64,000 nucleotides of DNA from Mesotoga infera (GTDB lineage: Bacteria > Thermotogota > Thermotogae > Petrotogales > Kosmotogaceae): contig DSBT01000120.1 of NCBI GenBank assembly GCA_011045915.1, positions 7,220 to 71,219 on the forward strand. The letters run 5' to 3'. The notes beneath the pieces are model-generated. The model was given only the letters and a program-made list of their open reading frames with translations. It was not told where the DNA came from and made no database searches. A program made the position numbers and the translations under genes. Positions 8,760-17,713 of the stretch are shown here, one piece after another (the stretch's first letter is position 1; each line of letters starts with the position of its first letter).

Positions 8760-8768
8760 TGGCATAAT
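8760..8768 (+). promoter_or_regulatory. Candidate extended -10 element (TGGCATAAT) for nfi
   Basis: Plus-strand TGgCATAAT lies 51 nt upstream of the nfi ATG. A 7-bp hairpin CGACAGA/TCTGTCG (8787-8805) abuts the GGGGAG SD. Confidence 0.3.
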
Positions 8769-8819
8769 CATTATAGGAAGCGACGACGACAGATTCCTTC
8801 TGTCGGGGAGTAATCATTT

Positions 8820-9497
8820 ATGAACATAGAGAATATTCACACTTGGACGATGGAACCAATCCAGGCTATCGATTTGCAGAAGAGGCTTAGGGACAGGCTC
8901 ATATTTGAAGATTACACCGGTGAGCCCAATCTGATCGCCGGGGTGGATGTTTCCTTCCCTTCAAAAGAGGTAGCTCTAGCCGTAGTTGTGATTATTGAAT
9001 TTCGCTCGCTACGTGTAATTGAGTACTTCTACTCGGTTGAGAAAATCAGTACACCTTACATTCCAGGACTCCTATCTTTCAGAGAAGGCCCGACCATATT
9101 AAAGGCTCTTTCCAAATCGCCTGAAGTCGATGTTATCTTCTTTGATGGACATGGAATAGCTCACCCAAGGGGTGTTGGCATAGCTTCACACATTGGCCTT
9201 TTCGTGAAGAAGCCAACCATTGGAATCGCCAAAAGCCTTTTGTATGGCAAACTTAAAGACTGTCCCGAAGAGAAGGGGGTGATGAGCCCAATCCTTGCTC
9301 CCGATGGACGTTTGCTTGGATACGCCGTTCGCACAAGGAGAGGCGTAAAACCGATTTTCGTTTCGCCAGGGAATCGAATTAATTCAGAATCTGCAGTAGA
9401 TCTGGTCTTAAAAACTGTAGGCAAGTACAGAATACCCGAACCTACCAGGCAGGCTCACATCCTTACTCAAGAGCTGAAGGGTCAACTTATTCTGTAG
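8820..9497 (+). CDS. nfi: Endonuclease V
   Basis: 225 aa. GVDVSF, LSFREGP, FDGHGIAHPRGVGIASH and IGIAKS motifs. Confidence 0.9.
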   Translation: MNIENIHTWTMEPIQAIDLQKRLRDRLIFEDYTGEPNLIAGVDVSFPSKEVALAVVVIIEFRSLRVIEYFYSVEKISTPYIPGLLSFREGPTILKALSKSPEVDVIFFDGHGIAHPRGVGIASHIGLFVKKPTIGIAKSLLYGKLKDCPEEKGVMSPILAPDGRLLGYAVRTRRGVKPIFVSPGNRINSESAVDLVLKTVGKYRIPEPTRQAHILTQELKGQLIL

Positions 9498-10432
9498 AAA
9501 ACTATTGAAGCAGCTCCTTTTATTCCTGCGTTCTCCACCAGTTTGCTCAAGGTTATACTGTAGGTTCCGTTGAAAGATGGCATTACATACTCCGGCATCT
9601 TTCTTTGGATGCCGTCAATAAGCAAGTCTCCCGCCTTGCTAATTCCACCGCCAATTATTATGTGTTCGGGATTGAATACGTGTATGTAATTGCCTATTGC
9701 AGTTGCCAGAGCTCTTGTCGCTCTTTCAACAACAATCGTTGCTGCATGGTCTCCTTCTCGCGCGGAGTCGAAGACAGCTTTGGCAGTTATCTCGGGCTTG
9801 GCAAAAATCAATGACTCGGGAAATCTCTTAGAAAACTCTCTCGCCATGTTCACGATAGCCGTAGCTGACGCAAGCGATTCAAGACACCCATGAGAACCGC
9901 AGCCGCAAAGCGGACCCCCGGGTTCGACAACGGTGTGTCCGAGTTCCCCGCCATAACCCATGCTTCCTGTCATTAGCATCCCATGAGTAATTACTCCACC
10001 TCCGACACCTGTTCCTAGAGTTAGCCCCAACATATGTTGACTTCCTTTGAACTCTCCGAATGCCCACTCCCCAAGGATAAAGGAATTTGCGTCGTTTTCA
10101 ATGAAGGTCTTGATTCCCGAAATCTTCTCCAGCATCTCAGCCAGTCCGAATCCTGACCAGTCTGGAAGGTTCGGCGAGAACAATACGGTGCCGGTTTCAT
10201 GGTCAATCGATCCCGGAGATCCGACACCAATACCGATAACGTCTGATGAGTTCATTCCAGATTCGAGAAGAAGTTCTCTAACTGCTTCACCAATTCTTGT
10301 CACAACGGTGATTCTTCCATCGAGCACCTTAGTCGGAATCATCTTTTTTTTGATAATCTTTCCATCTTCTTGTACGATTCCAATCTTGGTCTCGGTACCG
10401 CCCAGATCGATTCCGATCACGTGCTTGGCCAT
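9482..10432 (-). CDS. glk: ROK-family glucokinase
   Basis: IGIDLGGT, ENDAN and the zinc motif CGCGSHGCLE. I chose the third-codon ATG (GGGAG SD 6 nt upstream). The ORF-track start is 10438. Confidence 0.85.
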   Translation of the reverse strand: MAKHVIGIDLGGTETKIGIVQEDGKIIKKKMIPTKVLDGRITVVTRIGEAVRELLLESGMNSSDVIGIGVGSPGSIDHETGTVLFSPNLPDWSGFGLAEMLEKISGIKTFIENDANSFILGEWAFGEFKGSQHMLGLTLGTGVGGGVITHGMLMTGSMGYGGELGHTVVEPGGPLCGCGSHGCLESLASATAIVNMAREFSKRFPESLIFAKPEITAKAVFDSAREGDHAATIVVERATRALATAIGNYIHVFNPEHIIIGGGISKAGDLLIDGIQRKMPEYVMPSFNGTYSITLSKLVENAGIKGAASIVFYRIS

Positions 10433-10445
10433 TGACATCTCCCGT

Positions 10446-12095
10446 CTAGTACGACTTTTTCTCCATCTCTATCAAGTCCAGAAACTCCTCATTGGTAGCC
10501 GTTCCACGCAGTTTGTCCATGATTAGTCTCAGACCCTCTTCTTCCGACATTGATGACAGCATTCTTCTAAGAACCCAAACCTTCCGCAAAATATCGGAAG
10601 GAAGAAGAAGTTCTTCTCTCCTTGTACCGGATAGGGTGAGGTTTATCGAAGGGAACATTCTCTTGTTGGCAAGCTGCCTCGAAAGGATCAATTCCATGTT
10701 TCCAGTACCCTTGAATTCCTCGAATATTACTTCATCCATCTTACTTCCCGTTTCAACAAGAGCCGTTGCGATGATTGTTAGGCTTCCGCCTTCTTCAATA
10801 TTTCTTGCCGCACCAAAGAAGTACTTTGGCTTGTATAAAGCCGAGGGGTCCACTCCTCCAGACAGAAGCTTTCCACTTGGCGGAACGTAGAGATTGTAGG
10901 CCCTTGCCAGCCTCGTAATGCTGTCAAGGAGGATCACCACATCGTAGTTGAACTCTACTAATCGCTTGGCCATCTCAATAGTCATTTCGGCAACCCTGAT
11001 TTGTTTTTCGGGATGCATGTCGAATGGAGCAGCGATCACATGTGCATTTGAACTCCTCCTGAGATCGGTAACCTCTTCAGGTCTTTCATCGATCAGCAGA
11101 ATTATCCTCACTGTATCGGGATGGTTTTCAGCGATACCATTTGCAAGTTCCTTCAGCAATATCGTCTTCCCAGCCTTAGGAGGAGAGACTATTAGACCTC
11201 TCTGTCCCTTTCCTATCGGGGAAAAGAGGTCGACCATTCTCGTACTCATAATGTGCGATTCTGTTTCCGTAATAAGCTTATCCTCGGGGTGAATAGGCGT
11301 TAAGTTCTGAAAAGTAATCCTCTCAGCCGCGAAGTTGATCGCCTTGTGATTAATAGCTTCTATTCTCAGGAGCGCGAAATACTTCTCTCCTTCTTTCGGT
11401 GGTCTCACCTGCCCCGCAACTGTATCACCGCTAGTGAGATTGAATCTTCTGATCTGTGACTGGCTAACGTAAATATCATTTGAGCTTGGGAGAAGATTGT
11501 TATCGAGCGTTCTTAGAAAACCATATCCCCCATCTGTAATCTCCAGCACACCCTGATCGAAAAAGTAACCATATGATTCAGTCTGAGCCTTGAGAACGGC
11601 GAATATCAAATCCTTCTTGGCCATCTGGGTATAGCCCTGCACGTCATACTTCCTCGCAAGCTTATAAACATCTCTTATAGGCATTGCCTGAAGTTGGGAA
11701 ATATCGATTTCTACTTCCCTGATGTTATCCTTGTCTTTGTCTTTATCTTTGTCCTTATCTCTTTCCTTCCTTGGGATCTCTTTGACATCGCTCGGGATGC
11801 TTTCCTTTCCAGTCTCCTTGGTCACTGAATTCTCTGCTTTTGAGTCCTTGGGGTCTTCTTTAGGTGAAATTTCAACTCCATCTTTTTCCTCAGCAATCTG
11901 TCTGGAAACGCTCTTCACGGCCTCATGACTATCTTCGGTTCTTTTCGATTCAGTCTTCTTTCTAGTCGTTCTCTTTCTAGTTGTCTTTTTTTCAGCAACC
12001 ACTTTTTCCTCAAGTTCACCAGGTGTTTCTTCTGTTTTCTTTTTTCTTGGGCTCAAATTTGACGGTACATTCAGTCCGCCGTAGGAAGAATGCAC
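10446..12095 (-). CDS. rho: Transcription termination factor Rho with a ~128-aa charged N-terminal extension
   Basis: 549 aa. Canonical Rho begins at IDISQLQAMPIRDVYKLARKYDV. Walker A GLIVSPPKAGKT; C-terminus KRMFPSINLTLSGTRREELL. GTG start with a GGAAGGAGGG SD. Confidence 0.95.
   Translation of the reverse strand: MHSSYGGLNVPSNLSPRKKKTEETPGELEEKVVAEKKTTRKRTTRKKTESKRTEDSHEAVKSVSRQIAEEKDGVEISPKEDPKDSKAENSVTKETGKESIPSDVKEIPRKERDKDKDKDKDKDNIREVEIDISQLQAMPIRDVYKLARKYDVQGYTQMAKKDLIFAVLKAQTESYGYFFDQGVLEITDGGYGFLRTLDNNLLPSSNDIYVSQSQIRRFNLTSGDTVAGQVRPPKEGEKYFALLRIEAINHKAINFAAERITFQNLTPIHPEDKLITETESHIMSTRMVDLFSPIGKGQRGLIVSPPKAGKTILLKELANGIAENHPDTVRIILLIDERPEEVTDLRRSSNAHVIAAPFDMHPEKQIRVAEMTIEMAKRLVEFNYDVVILLDSITRLARAYNLYVPPSGKLLSGGVDPSALYKPKYFFGAARNIEEGGSLTIIATALVETGSKMDEVIFEEFKGTGNMELILSRQLANKRMFPSINLTLSGTRREELLLPSDILRKVWVLRRMLSSMSEEEGLRLIMDKLRGTATNEEFLDLIEMEKKSY
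11727..11759 (-). repeat. (GAY-AAR) dinucleotide-codon repeat encoding DKDKDKDKDKD within the rho N-terminal extension
   Basis: Read directly: GAT AAG GAC AAA GAT AAA GAC AAA GAC AAG GAT on the minus strand. Confidence 0.9.
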
Positions 12096-12202
12096 CTACC
12101 CTCCTTCCATGTCTTAGGAATTGCCAAAATTGTGAAGCTAACAGTATTTGTAAGAAAGCTTGGGAGACCCGTATCCGGTGAGGTACCAGTTCTTTCAGGA
12201 AT

Positions 12203-12230
12203 AATATACCACTAAAGAAGCAAAATTCAA
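12203..12230 (-). promoter_or_regulatory. Candidate sigma-70-type promoter for rho
   Basis: Minus strand: TTGAAT (12230-12225), 16 nt, then TGgTATATT (extended -10, hexamer 12208-12203). This would give a ~100-nt leader before the rho GTG. Confidence 0.45.
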
Positions 12231-12233
12231 AGC

Positions 12234-12896
12234 TTACTGACCTTGCTGTTTCTTATAGCGCTTCCAGTCTTCTGTGAATCTGTCTATGCCGATATCAGTA
12301 AGCGGGTGACCAAATAGCTTAAGAAGCACTTCAAAAGGTATTGTCACGATATCTGCACCCATCAAAGCTGCCTCAAGTACGTGCGTTGGATGCCTAACGC
12401 TTGCGACGATTATTTCCGTGTCGTAACCGTAGTTGGCAAATATTTTGACAATCTCCTCAACAACGCCCATGCCATCGCTTGCAATGTCGTCTAGCCTTCC
12501 GACAAACGGGCTGACATAGGTTGCACCAGCTTTTGCTGCAAGAGTCGCCTGAAGAGAATTGAATATTAGGGTAACATTAGTCTTGATTCCTTCGCCACTC
12601 AGGGTTTTGACCGCACGCATACCATCTCTTGTCATTGGAATCTTCACAACAACGTAGTCGCTGAGAGAGGCCAATTCACGCGCCTGCGAGATCATGTTTT
12701 CGTAATCTGTCGCCGTAACTTCCGCAGACACCGGGCCCTTTACTGTTTCACAGATTTCGACAACACGATCTTCAAACTTGACATTTTCTCTTGAAACCAG
12801 AGTGGGATTAGTGGTGACTCCATCAACGAGTCCAAGTTTCATCCCCTCCCTGATATCTTCAATATTCGCTGTATCAAGGAATATCTTCATCGCCAA
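12234..12896 (-). CDS. tal: Short-form transaldolase / fructose-6-phosphate aldolase family
   Basis: 220 aa. [16 protein letters not shown]...[13 protein letters not shown] (Schiff-base Lys region), SPFVGRLDD. Confidence 0.9.
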   Translation of the reverse strand: MAMKIFLDTANIEDIREGMKLGLVDGVTTNPTLVSRENVKFEDRVVEICETVKGPVSAEVTATDYENMISQARELASLSDYVVVKIPMTRDGMRAVKTLSGEGIKTNVTLIFNSLQATLAAKAGATYVSPFVGRLDDIASDGMGVVEEIVKIFANYGYDTEIIVASVRHPTHVLEAALMGADIVTIPFEVLLKLFGHPLTDIGIDRFTEDWKRYKKQQGQ

Positions 12897-12907
12897 ACCT
12901 CCGAAGA

Positions 12908-12929
12908 ATGGCTACCTTGCGGTAGCCAT
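12908..12929 (-). terminator. Perfect 9-bp hairpin with a GNRA loop at the rplQ stop codon (possible attenuator or terminator, or an mRNA-stabilising element)
   Basis: Minus-strand RNA AUGGCUACC-GCAA-GGUAGCCAU begins at the last base of the rplQ UGA. It is followed by UCUUCGGAGG (the tal SD) rather than a clean U-tract. On the plus strand the same hairpin is followed by T6. Confidence 0.35.
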
Positions 12930-13411
12930 CATTTTTTCTCTTGTTTCTTTTCGGGTTTCTTCTCGGGCTTCTTGTTTTGCCTCTCTTCGTTGTCAATCAA
13001 CTGAAGAACGGCCATTTCACTTGCATCGCCCCTTCGCATACCCAGTTTTACTATCCTAGTGTATCCGCCGTTTCTTTCACGATACTTGACTGCCACTTCA
13101 TCACATATCTTCCTGACCAGTTTTCGGTCATTGAAGTTTCTGTTAATCTCGCGTCTTAAAGCAAGATTTCTTGATTTCAGTTCCTGAGTCTCCGCATTAT
13201 CCGGACCTTTTGAAACAATTTCCGAGGACAGAATCGAAGCCTTCTTTGCCTTAGTTATTATGCTTTCAACGAAAGGCCTCACTTCCTTAGCTCTGGTTAT
13301 AGTTGTCACAATTGTTCCATGTTCAAAAAGCTCCCTGGCCAGATTTCTCATCAAAGCGACTCTCTGGCTGTGGGGCATATTCAGTTTGCTTCCACTAACT
13401 CTATGACGCAT
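12929..13411 (-). CDS. rplQ: 50S ribosomal protein L17
   Basis: MRHRVSGSKLNMPHSQRVALMRNLAREL... Ends in the tail ERQNKKPEKKPEKKQEKK. Confidence 0.95.
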   Translation of the reverse strand: MRHRVSGSKLNMPHSQRVALMRNLARELFEHGTIVTTITRAKEVRPFVESIITKAKKASILSSEIVSKGPDNAETQELKSRNLALRREINRNFNDRKLVRKICDEVAVKYRERNGGYTRIVKLGMRRGDASEMAVLQLIDNEERQNKKPEKKPEKKQEKK

Positions 13412-13432
13412 GGCTAATAGGCCTCCTCACAA

Positions 13433-14452
13433 TCATTCTTTCTTGAGTACGATGTTGAACTTGTCTCTCAGCTTCTTCACGACCTCAAGGATAGACTTCT
13501 CTCCAAAATTCCGTATCTTAAGCAGATCAGCCTCGCTTTTGTCAAGAAGATCGCCTATCGTGTTTATTTTATCGCGTTTAAGACAGTTGAGAGATCTCAC
13601 TGAAAGATCAAGCTCTTCAACCTTCTTGGCCGCAAGGGGGTTTGAATCACGCTCTTCAGCCAATGGCGCTTCAGCGCTCACTTCAGTCTCTTCAACAATC
13701 GTCTCGTCTTCCTCCGGTTCTATTGTCGCACCCGTAAGACCTAGAGACGGCTGACCAAGACCACTGGATACTACTTCGAAGTGCCTCATCAGAATGTCCG
13801 TCGCTCTCATCAATGCATCTGACGGAGTTATCGACTTTTTCGTCCAAACGTCAAGAACCAACTTGTCATAGTCCGTTCTCTTGCCGACACGAACGTTCTC
13901 TGTCTGGAAATTCACTTTCATTACAGGACTGAAGATACCATCGATATATATCATCTCCACGTCATGCTCTATCTCCATTTCCGACACGGGAACGAATCCT
14001 CTTCCGATCTCAGCAAAAAGCTCGATGTAAACAACTGAATCAGAGTTTAGAGTAGCAATATACTGCGATGAATTTACAACATCCACACCGGTAGGAGTCT
14101 TGATATCACCGGCGGTGATGACGCCTGGCCCAGCCTTTTCAAGCGTCAGCTTGACCGCGTCAGAAAACTCGAGAACGGGTTTGAGTTGAACTTTCTTAAA
14201 ATTGAGAATGATTTCGAGTATGTCTTCCTTGACTCCGTCGATAACATCATATTCGTGGTACTTCCCAGGTATTTTCAATCTGGTGATCGCCATGCTCGGT
14301 ATCGATGAGAGAAGAACCCTCCTAAGCGAGTTTCCGATAGTAGTGGCGTATCCTCTTTCCATAGGAGAAAGGATGAACCTTGTGAAATAGCTGTTCTCAT
14401 CCTCTCTTTCCTCTTCAATTCGCAAGTTCTTGGGCATTATTGATGTCAACAT
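13433..14452 (-). CDS. rpoA: DNA-directed RNA polymerase alpha subunit
   Basis: SPMERGYATTIGNSLRRVLLSSIPS, and C-terminal domain LDLSVRSLNCLKRDKINTIGDL. I prefer the start at MLTSIMPKNLRIEEE by similarity to Thermotoga-type RpoA. The ORF-track start is 14479. Confidence 0.9.
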   Translation of the reverse strand: MLTSIMPKNLRIEEEREDENSYFTRFILSPMERGYATTIGNSLRRVLLSSIPSMAITRLKIPGKYHEYDVIDGVKEDILEIILNFKKVQLKPVLEFSDAVKLTLEKAGPGVITAGDIKTPTGVDVVNSSQYIATLNSDSVVYIELFAEIGRGFVPVSEMEIEHDVEMIYIDGIFSPVMKVNFQTENVRVGKRTDYDKLVLDVWTKKSITPSDALMRATDILMRHFEVVSSGLGQPSLGLTGATIEPEEDETIVEETEVSAEAPLAEERDSNPLAAKKVEELDLSVRSLNCLKRDKINTIGDLLDKSEADLLKIRNFGEKSILEVVKKLRDKFNIVLKKE

Positions 14453-14506
14453 TATTTCGCCCAGAATTCGGGCACACACCTCCTTCCAAGAAGGTAAGAA
14501 TCGGGT

Positions 14507-15133
14507 TTACTTGGAGTAGAGCTCAATAATCGACTGCAGATCAACTGGAATCTCTACTTCTTCAGTTACTGGATATCTAAGGTAGGTCCCTCTGAACGTC
14601 TCGTAATCTACCTCAACCCATGGATAGGCTGTTCTCTCTTTTGCAGCTTCTGCCGCTTCTTTGATCGGTAGAGCAGTTCGGCTCTTCTCTTTGATCTCCA
14701 CGATGTCACCGACTCTCAGATTGAAGGAGGGCTTATTGACCCTTCTACCGTTTACAAGAACATGTCCGTGGTTAACGAGCTGTCTTGCTTGTCTTCTGCT
14801 AGAAGCAAATCCCATCCTGAAAACGATGTTATCCAGTCTAGATTCCAAAATCCTAACCAGGGCGCTTCCCGTCTCTTCACTCTTTCTCAAAGCTGCTTCA
14901 AAATATCTTCTAAACTGTCTTTCAAGAACACCGTAAATTCTTTTTACTACTTGCTTGGATCTTAACTGCATTCCGTACTGTGTAAGCTTTCTTGTCGAAG
15001 CTCCATGCTGTCCCGGTGCCACAGGCCTCTTGACTTGGGCACATCTCGGGGAAAAGCATCTTTCACCCTTCAGATAAAGCTTGAACCCTTCGCGACGACA
15101 AAGCTTACAAACTGGTCCTGTATATCTGGCCAT
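14507..15133 (-). CDS. rpsD: 30S ribosomal protein S4
   Basis: [26 protein letters not shown]..., with an S4 domain. Confidence 0.95.
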   Translation of the reverse strand: MARYTGPVCKLCRREGFKLYLKGERCFSPRCAQVKRPVAPGQHGASTRKLTQYGMQLRSKQVVKRIYGVLERQFRRYFEAALRKSEETGSALVRILESRLDNIVFRMGFASSRRQARQLVNHGHVLVNGRRVNKPSFNLRVGDIVEIKEKSRTALPIKEAAEAAKERTAYPWVEVDYETFRGTYLRYPVTEEVEIPVDLQSIIELYSK

Positions 15134-15149
15134 TCAACTCCCTCCTAAA

Positions 15150-15536
15150 TCAGACTCTTCTTCTTCTTCTCGGTCTGCAACCGTTATGAGGCAGTGGCGT
15201 AATATCCTTGAGCGTCTCAACAGTGAGACCCGCCGCTTGAATAGTTCTGATTGCAGCTTCACGTCCCGAACCTGGGCCCTTTACTTCTATACCTACTCTG
15301 GTTATTCCTAACTTGATAGCCTCTTTTGCAATTCTGTCAGCACCCAGTTGCGCCGCATAAGGTGTTGATTTCTTTGATCCGGAATAACCGGCAGTTCCAC
15401 CCGACGTCCACATAAGTGTATTTCCTTCTGGATCAGTCAGGGTAATTATCGTGTTGTTGAAAGAGGACTTTATGTGCACAACCCCTCTATCAGTAGATAA
15501 CTTCTTCCTTTTCTTGGCTGCTGGTCTCTTTGCCAT
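15150..15536 (-). CDS. rpsK: 30S ribosomal protein S11
   Basis: [22 protein letters not shown]...[13 protein letters not shown]. Confidence 0.95.
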   Translation of the reverse strand: MAKRPAAKKRKKLSTDRGVVHIKSSFNNTIITLTDPEGNTLMWTSGGTAGYSGSKKSTPYAAQLGADRIAKEAIKLGITRVGIEVKGPGSGREAAIRTIQAAGLTVETLKDITPLPHNGCRPRRRRRV

Positions 15537-15554
15537 TCACTCTTACCTCCCGTT

Positions 15555-15923
15555 TTAGCTCTTCTTACGAATCTTACTGGCTCTAGAACCCTTCCTGGTC
15601 CTTCCGTTGGAATGCGTCTTCTGACCGCGAACCGGAAGCCCGTTTCTATGCCTGTAACCTCTATAACTTCCTATCTCAATTAGCCTTTTTATTGACCTGT
15701 CAACTTCAGTTCTGAGCTCACCTTCAACCTTGTAATGCTCGTTGATAAACTTTGCTATCTTACTAACTTCTTCATCCGTAAGGTCCTTTGCTCTCTTGTC
15801 GCGGTCAACTTCTGTTCCACTAAGAATTTCATTGGCTCTTGTATAACCTATACCGTAGATATAGGTCAGGGCAACGAAAGTCTTCTTGTTATTAGGAAGC
15901 TCAACACCAAGGATACGTGCCAT
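15555..15923 (-). CDS. rpsM: 30S ribosomal protein S13
   Basis: [26 protein letters not shown]... Confidence 0.95.
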   Translation of the reverse strand: MARILGVELPNNKKTFVALTYIYGIGYTRANEILSGTEVDRDKRAKDLTDEEVSKIAKFINEHYKVEGELRTEVDRSIKRLIEIGSYRGYRHRNGLPVRGQKTHSNGRTRKGSRASKIRKKS

Positions 15924-15935
15924 CTATATCCCTCC

Positions 15936-16052
15936 TTAACCCTGACGCTGGTTGTGCTTTGGATTTTTTTCGCAGACAACTCTTATTCGTCCATTGCGTC
16001 TTATTACCTTGCAATGTTCACATCTCTTCTTTACCGAAGCGCGGACTTTCAA
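15936..16052 (-). CDS. rpmJ: 50S ribosomal protein L36 (zinc-binding form)
   Basis: Too short for the ORF track, so hand-translated: [43 protein letters not shown] (38 aa). GGAGGAG SD upstream. The TTG start overlaps the infA TGA. Confidence 0.9.
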   Translation of the reverse strand: MKVRASVKKRCEHCKVIRRNGRIRVVCEKNPKHNQRQG

Positions 16053-16294
16053 TTCGTTTCTCCTCCTTTGTCTATCCTTTTTCGATAAACAATTCTTCCT
16101 TTGGTCAGGTCATATATTGAAACCTCTACCACGACCTTATCGCCGGGGATCAACCTGATGAAGTTCTTGCGCATTTTTCCAGAGATGTGAGCTAGAACAG
16201 AGAGGCCGTTCTCCAATTCGACCTTGAAGGTAGCATTGGGCATCGATTCCACAACTATTCCATCCATCTTAATGATATCGCTCTTATCCGACAC
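16049..16294 (-). CDS. infA: Translation initiation factor IF-1
   Basis: [42 protein letters not shown]. Confidence 0.95.
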   Translation of the reverse strand: MSDKSDIIKMDGIVVESMPNATFKVELENGLSVLAHISGKMRKNFIRLIPGDKVVVEVSIYDLTKGRIVYRKRIDKGGETN

Positions 16295-16306
16295 CGGTGA
16301 TCCTCC

Positions 16307-17059
16307 TCACAATCTGGAAAGAATCTTTGGACCGTCTTCCAGTATCGCAATATCATGCTCGAAATGAGCAGCACGCGACCTATCAGCAGTTACTGCGGTC
16401 CAACCATCTTCCAGAATCTCCACGCTGTAATGTCCACTTGCAACCATCGGTTCGATAGCAAGTGTCATTCCTGTTCTCAAAAGCATTCCGCTGTTTTGCC
16501 TTCCATAGTTAGGAACCTGAGGATCCTCATGGAGGCTCAGGCCAACACCATGTCCGACGTAGTCTCTTATTACAGAAAACCCGGCGCTTTCCACGCAGCT
16601 CTGGACTGCAAATCCAATGTCGCCAAGTCGGTTTCCAGCGCAGGCAATCTCTATGCCCTTAAGAAGCGACTCTTCAGTCCGCTGCAGAAGCAACCGGTCT
16701 TTTTCGCATAAATAACTTCCTACAACAAACGACTTTGCGGCGTCTCCCACAAATCCATCCTTCACTACCCCGCAATCCACGGAGACGATATCGCCGGCAG
16801 CAAAGACTTTCTCTTTCAAGGGAAACCCGTGAATTACCTCCTCATTTACCGATACGCAGAGAGTGTAAGGATATCCACTATACCCCTTGAATGCGGGAAT
16901 GCCACCTCTTCTTTCAATCAATTCTTCTGCAGCTTTCTCCATATCATAGGCAGAGGCACCTTCGACTGCATACGACTCTACCTCAGCCAAAACCTCTGCA
17001 ACGATCTTCGCAGCAATTTCGATTTTACAGATTTCCTCTGGAGATTTCAACCTAACCAT
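16307..17059 (-). CDS. map: Methionine aminopeptidase type I
   Basis: 250 aa. DIVSVDCG, GHGVG and LAIEPM metal-site motifs. Confidence 0.95.
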   Translation of the reverse strand: MVRLKSPEEICKIEIAAKIVAEVLAEVESYAVEGASAYDMEKAAEELIERRGGIPAFKGYSGYPYTLCVSVNEEVIHGFPLKEKVFAAGDIVSVDCGVVKDGFVGDAAKSFVVGSYLCEKDRLLLQRTEESLLKGIEIACAGNRLGDIGFAVQSCVESAGFSVIRDYVGHGVGLSLHEDPQVPNYGRQNSGMLLRTGMTLAIEPMVASGHYSVEILEDGWTAVTADRSRAAHFEHDIAILEDGPKILSRL

Positions 17060-17711
17060 GCTTTACATTCTCCAGATGATTGACGATCTCGGCAGTGACG
17101 GTATCGATTTCCCCCGACCCATCGACCTTAACTAGATTGCCTTTTTCGCCGGAATAGTACCTAATCACTGGCTCGGTCTTGTCCGAGTAGACACGGTACC
17201 TTGCCCTAACAGTCTCAGGCCTGTCATCGTCTCGTTGAATTAACCTGCTGCCATCGTTGTCACAGTAACCCTCGACCTTGGGTTTTAGAGTCAGGAGATT
17301 GTAGACTTTCCCACATTCGGGACAGACTCTCCTGCTCGAAATACGTTTTACAACTTCCTCTTCATCAGCGTCGACAAGCAGAGCAACGTCAATATCCTTC
17401 TTAAGTTCGTCTAGCATCTTATCTAGTGCAATCGCCTGTTCGACTGTTCTTGGAAAGCCGTCAAGTATGAAGCCATTCCTGGTGTCCTCCCTAGCCAATC
17501 TCTCTCTGACAAGATCTATCATCAGATCATCGGGGACGAGAAGCCCTTTATCCATTACTTCTTTGACCTTCAGCCCGAGGTCAGTGCCAGCAGCCACGGC
17601 TTCCCTTAACATATCTCCAGTAGATATGTGAGGAATATCCAGTTTACGGGCTATCCGTTTTGCCTGTGTCCCCTTCCCTGCTCCGGGAGGACCCATTAGA
17701 ATTACATTCAT
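17052..17711 (-). CDS. adk: Adenylate kinase (zinc-lid form, Cys3-Asp)
   Basis: MNVILMGPPGAGKGTQA. Lid CPECGKVYN...CDND. Confidence 0.95.
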   Translation of the reverse strand: MNVILMGPPGAGKGTQAKRIARKLDIPHISTGDMLREAVAAGTDLGLKVKEVMDKGLLVPDDLMIDLVRERLAREDTRNGFILDGFPRTVEQAIALDKMLDELKKDIDVALLVDADEEEVVKRISSRRVCPECGKVYNLLTLKPKVEGYCDNDGSRLIQRDDDRPETVRARYRVYSDKTEPVIRYYSGEKGNLVKVDGSGEIDTVTAEIVNHLENVKHG

Positions 17712-17713
17712 AC

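Noticed and set aside
12096-12233. Checked the largest spacers (12096-12233, 8717-8819, 32560-32668, 60858-60968, 61452-61553) for tRNA, small RNA or riboswitch-like folds.
   Set aside because: No cloverleaf-compatible arms or conserved riboswitch cores that I can recognise. Each spacer is accounted for by promoter and leader sequence. Small RNAs cannot be excluded without covariance-model searches.
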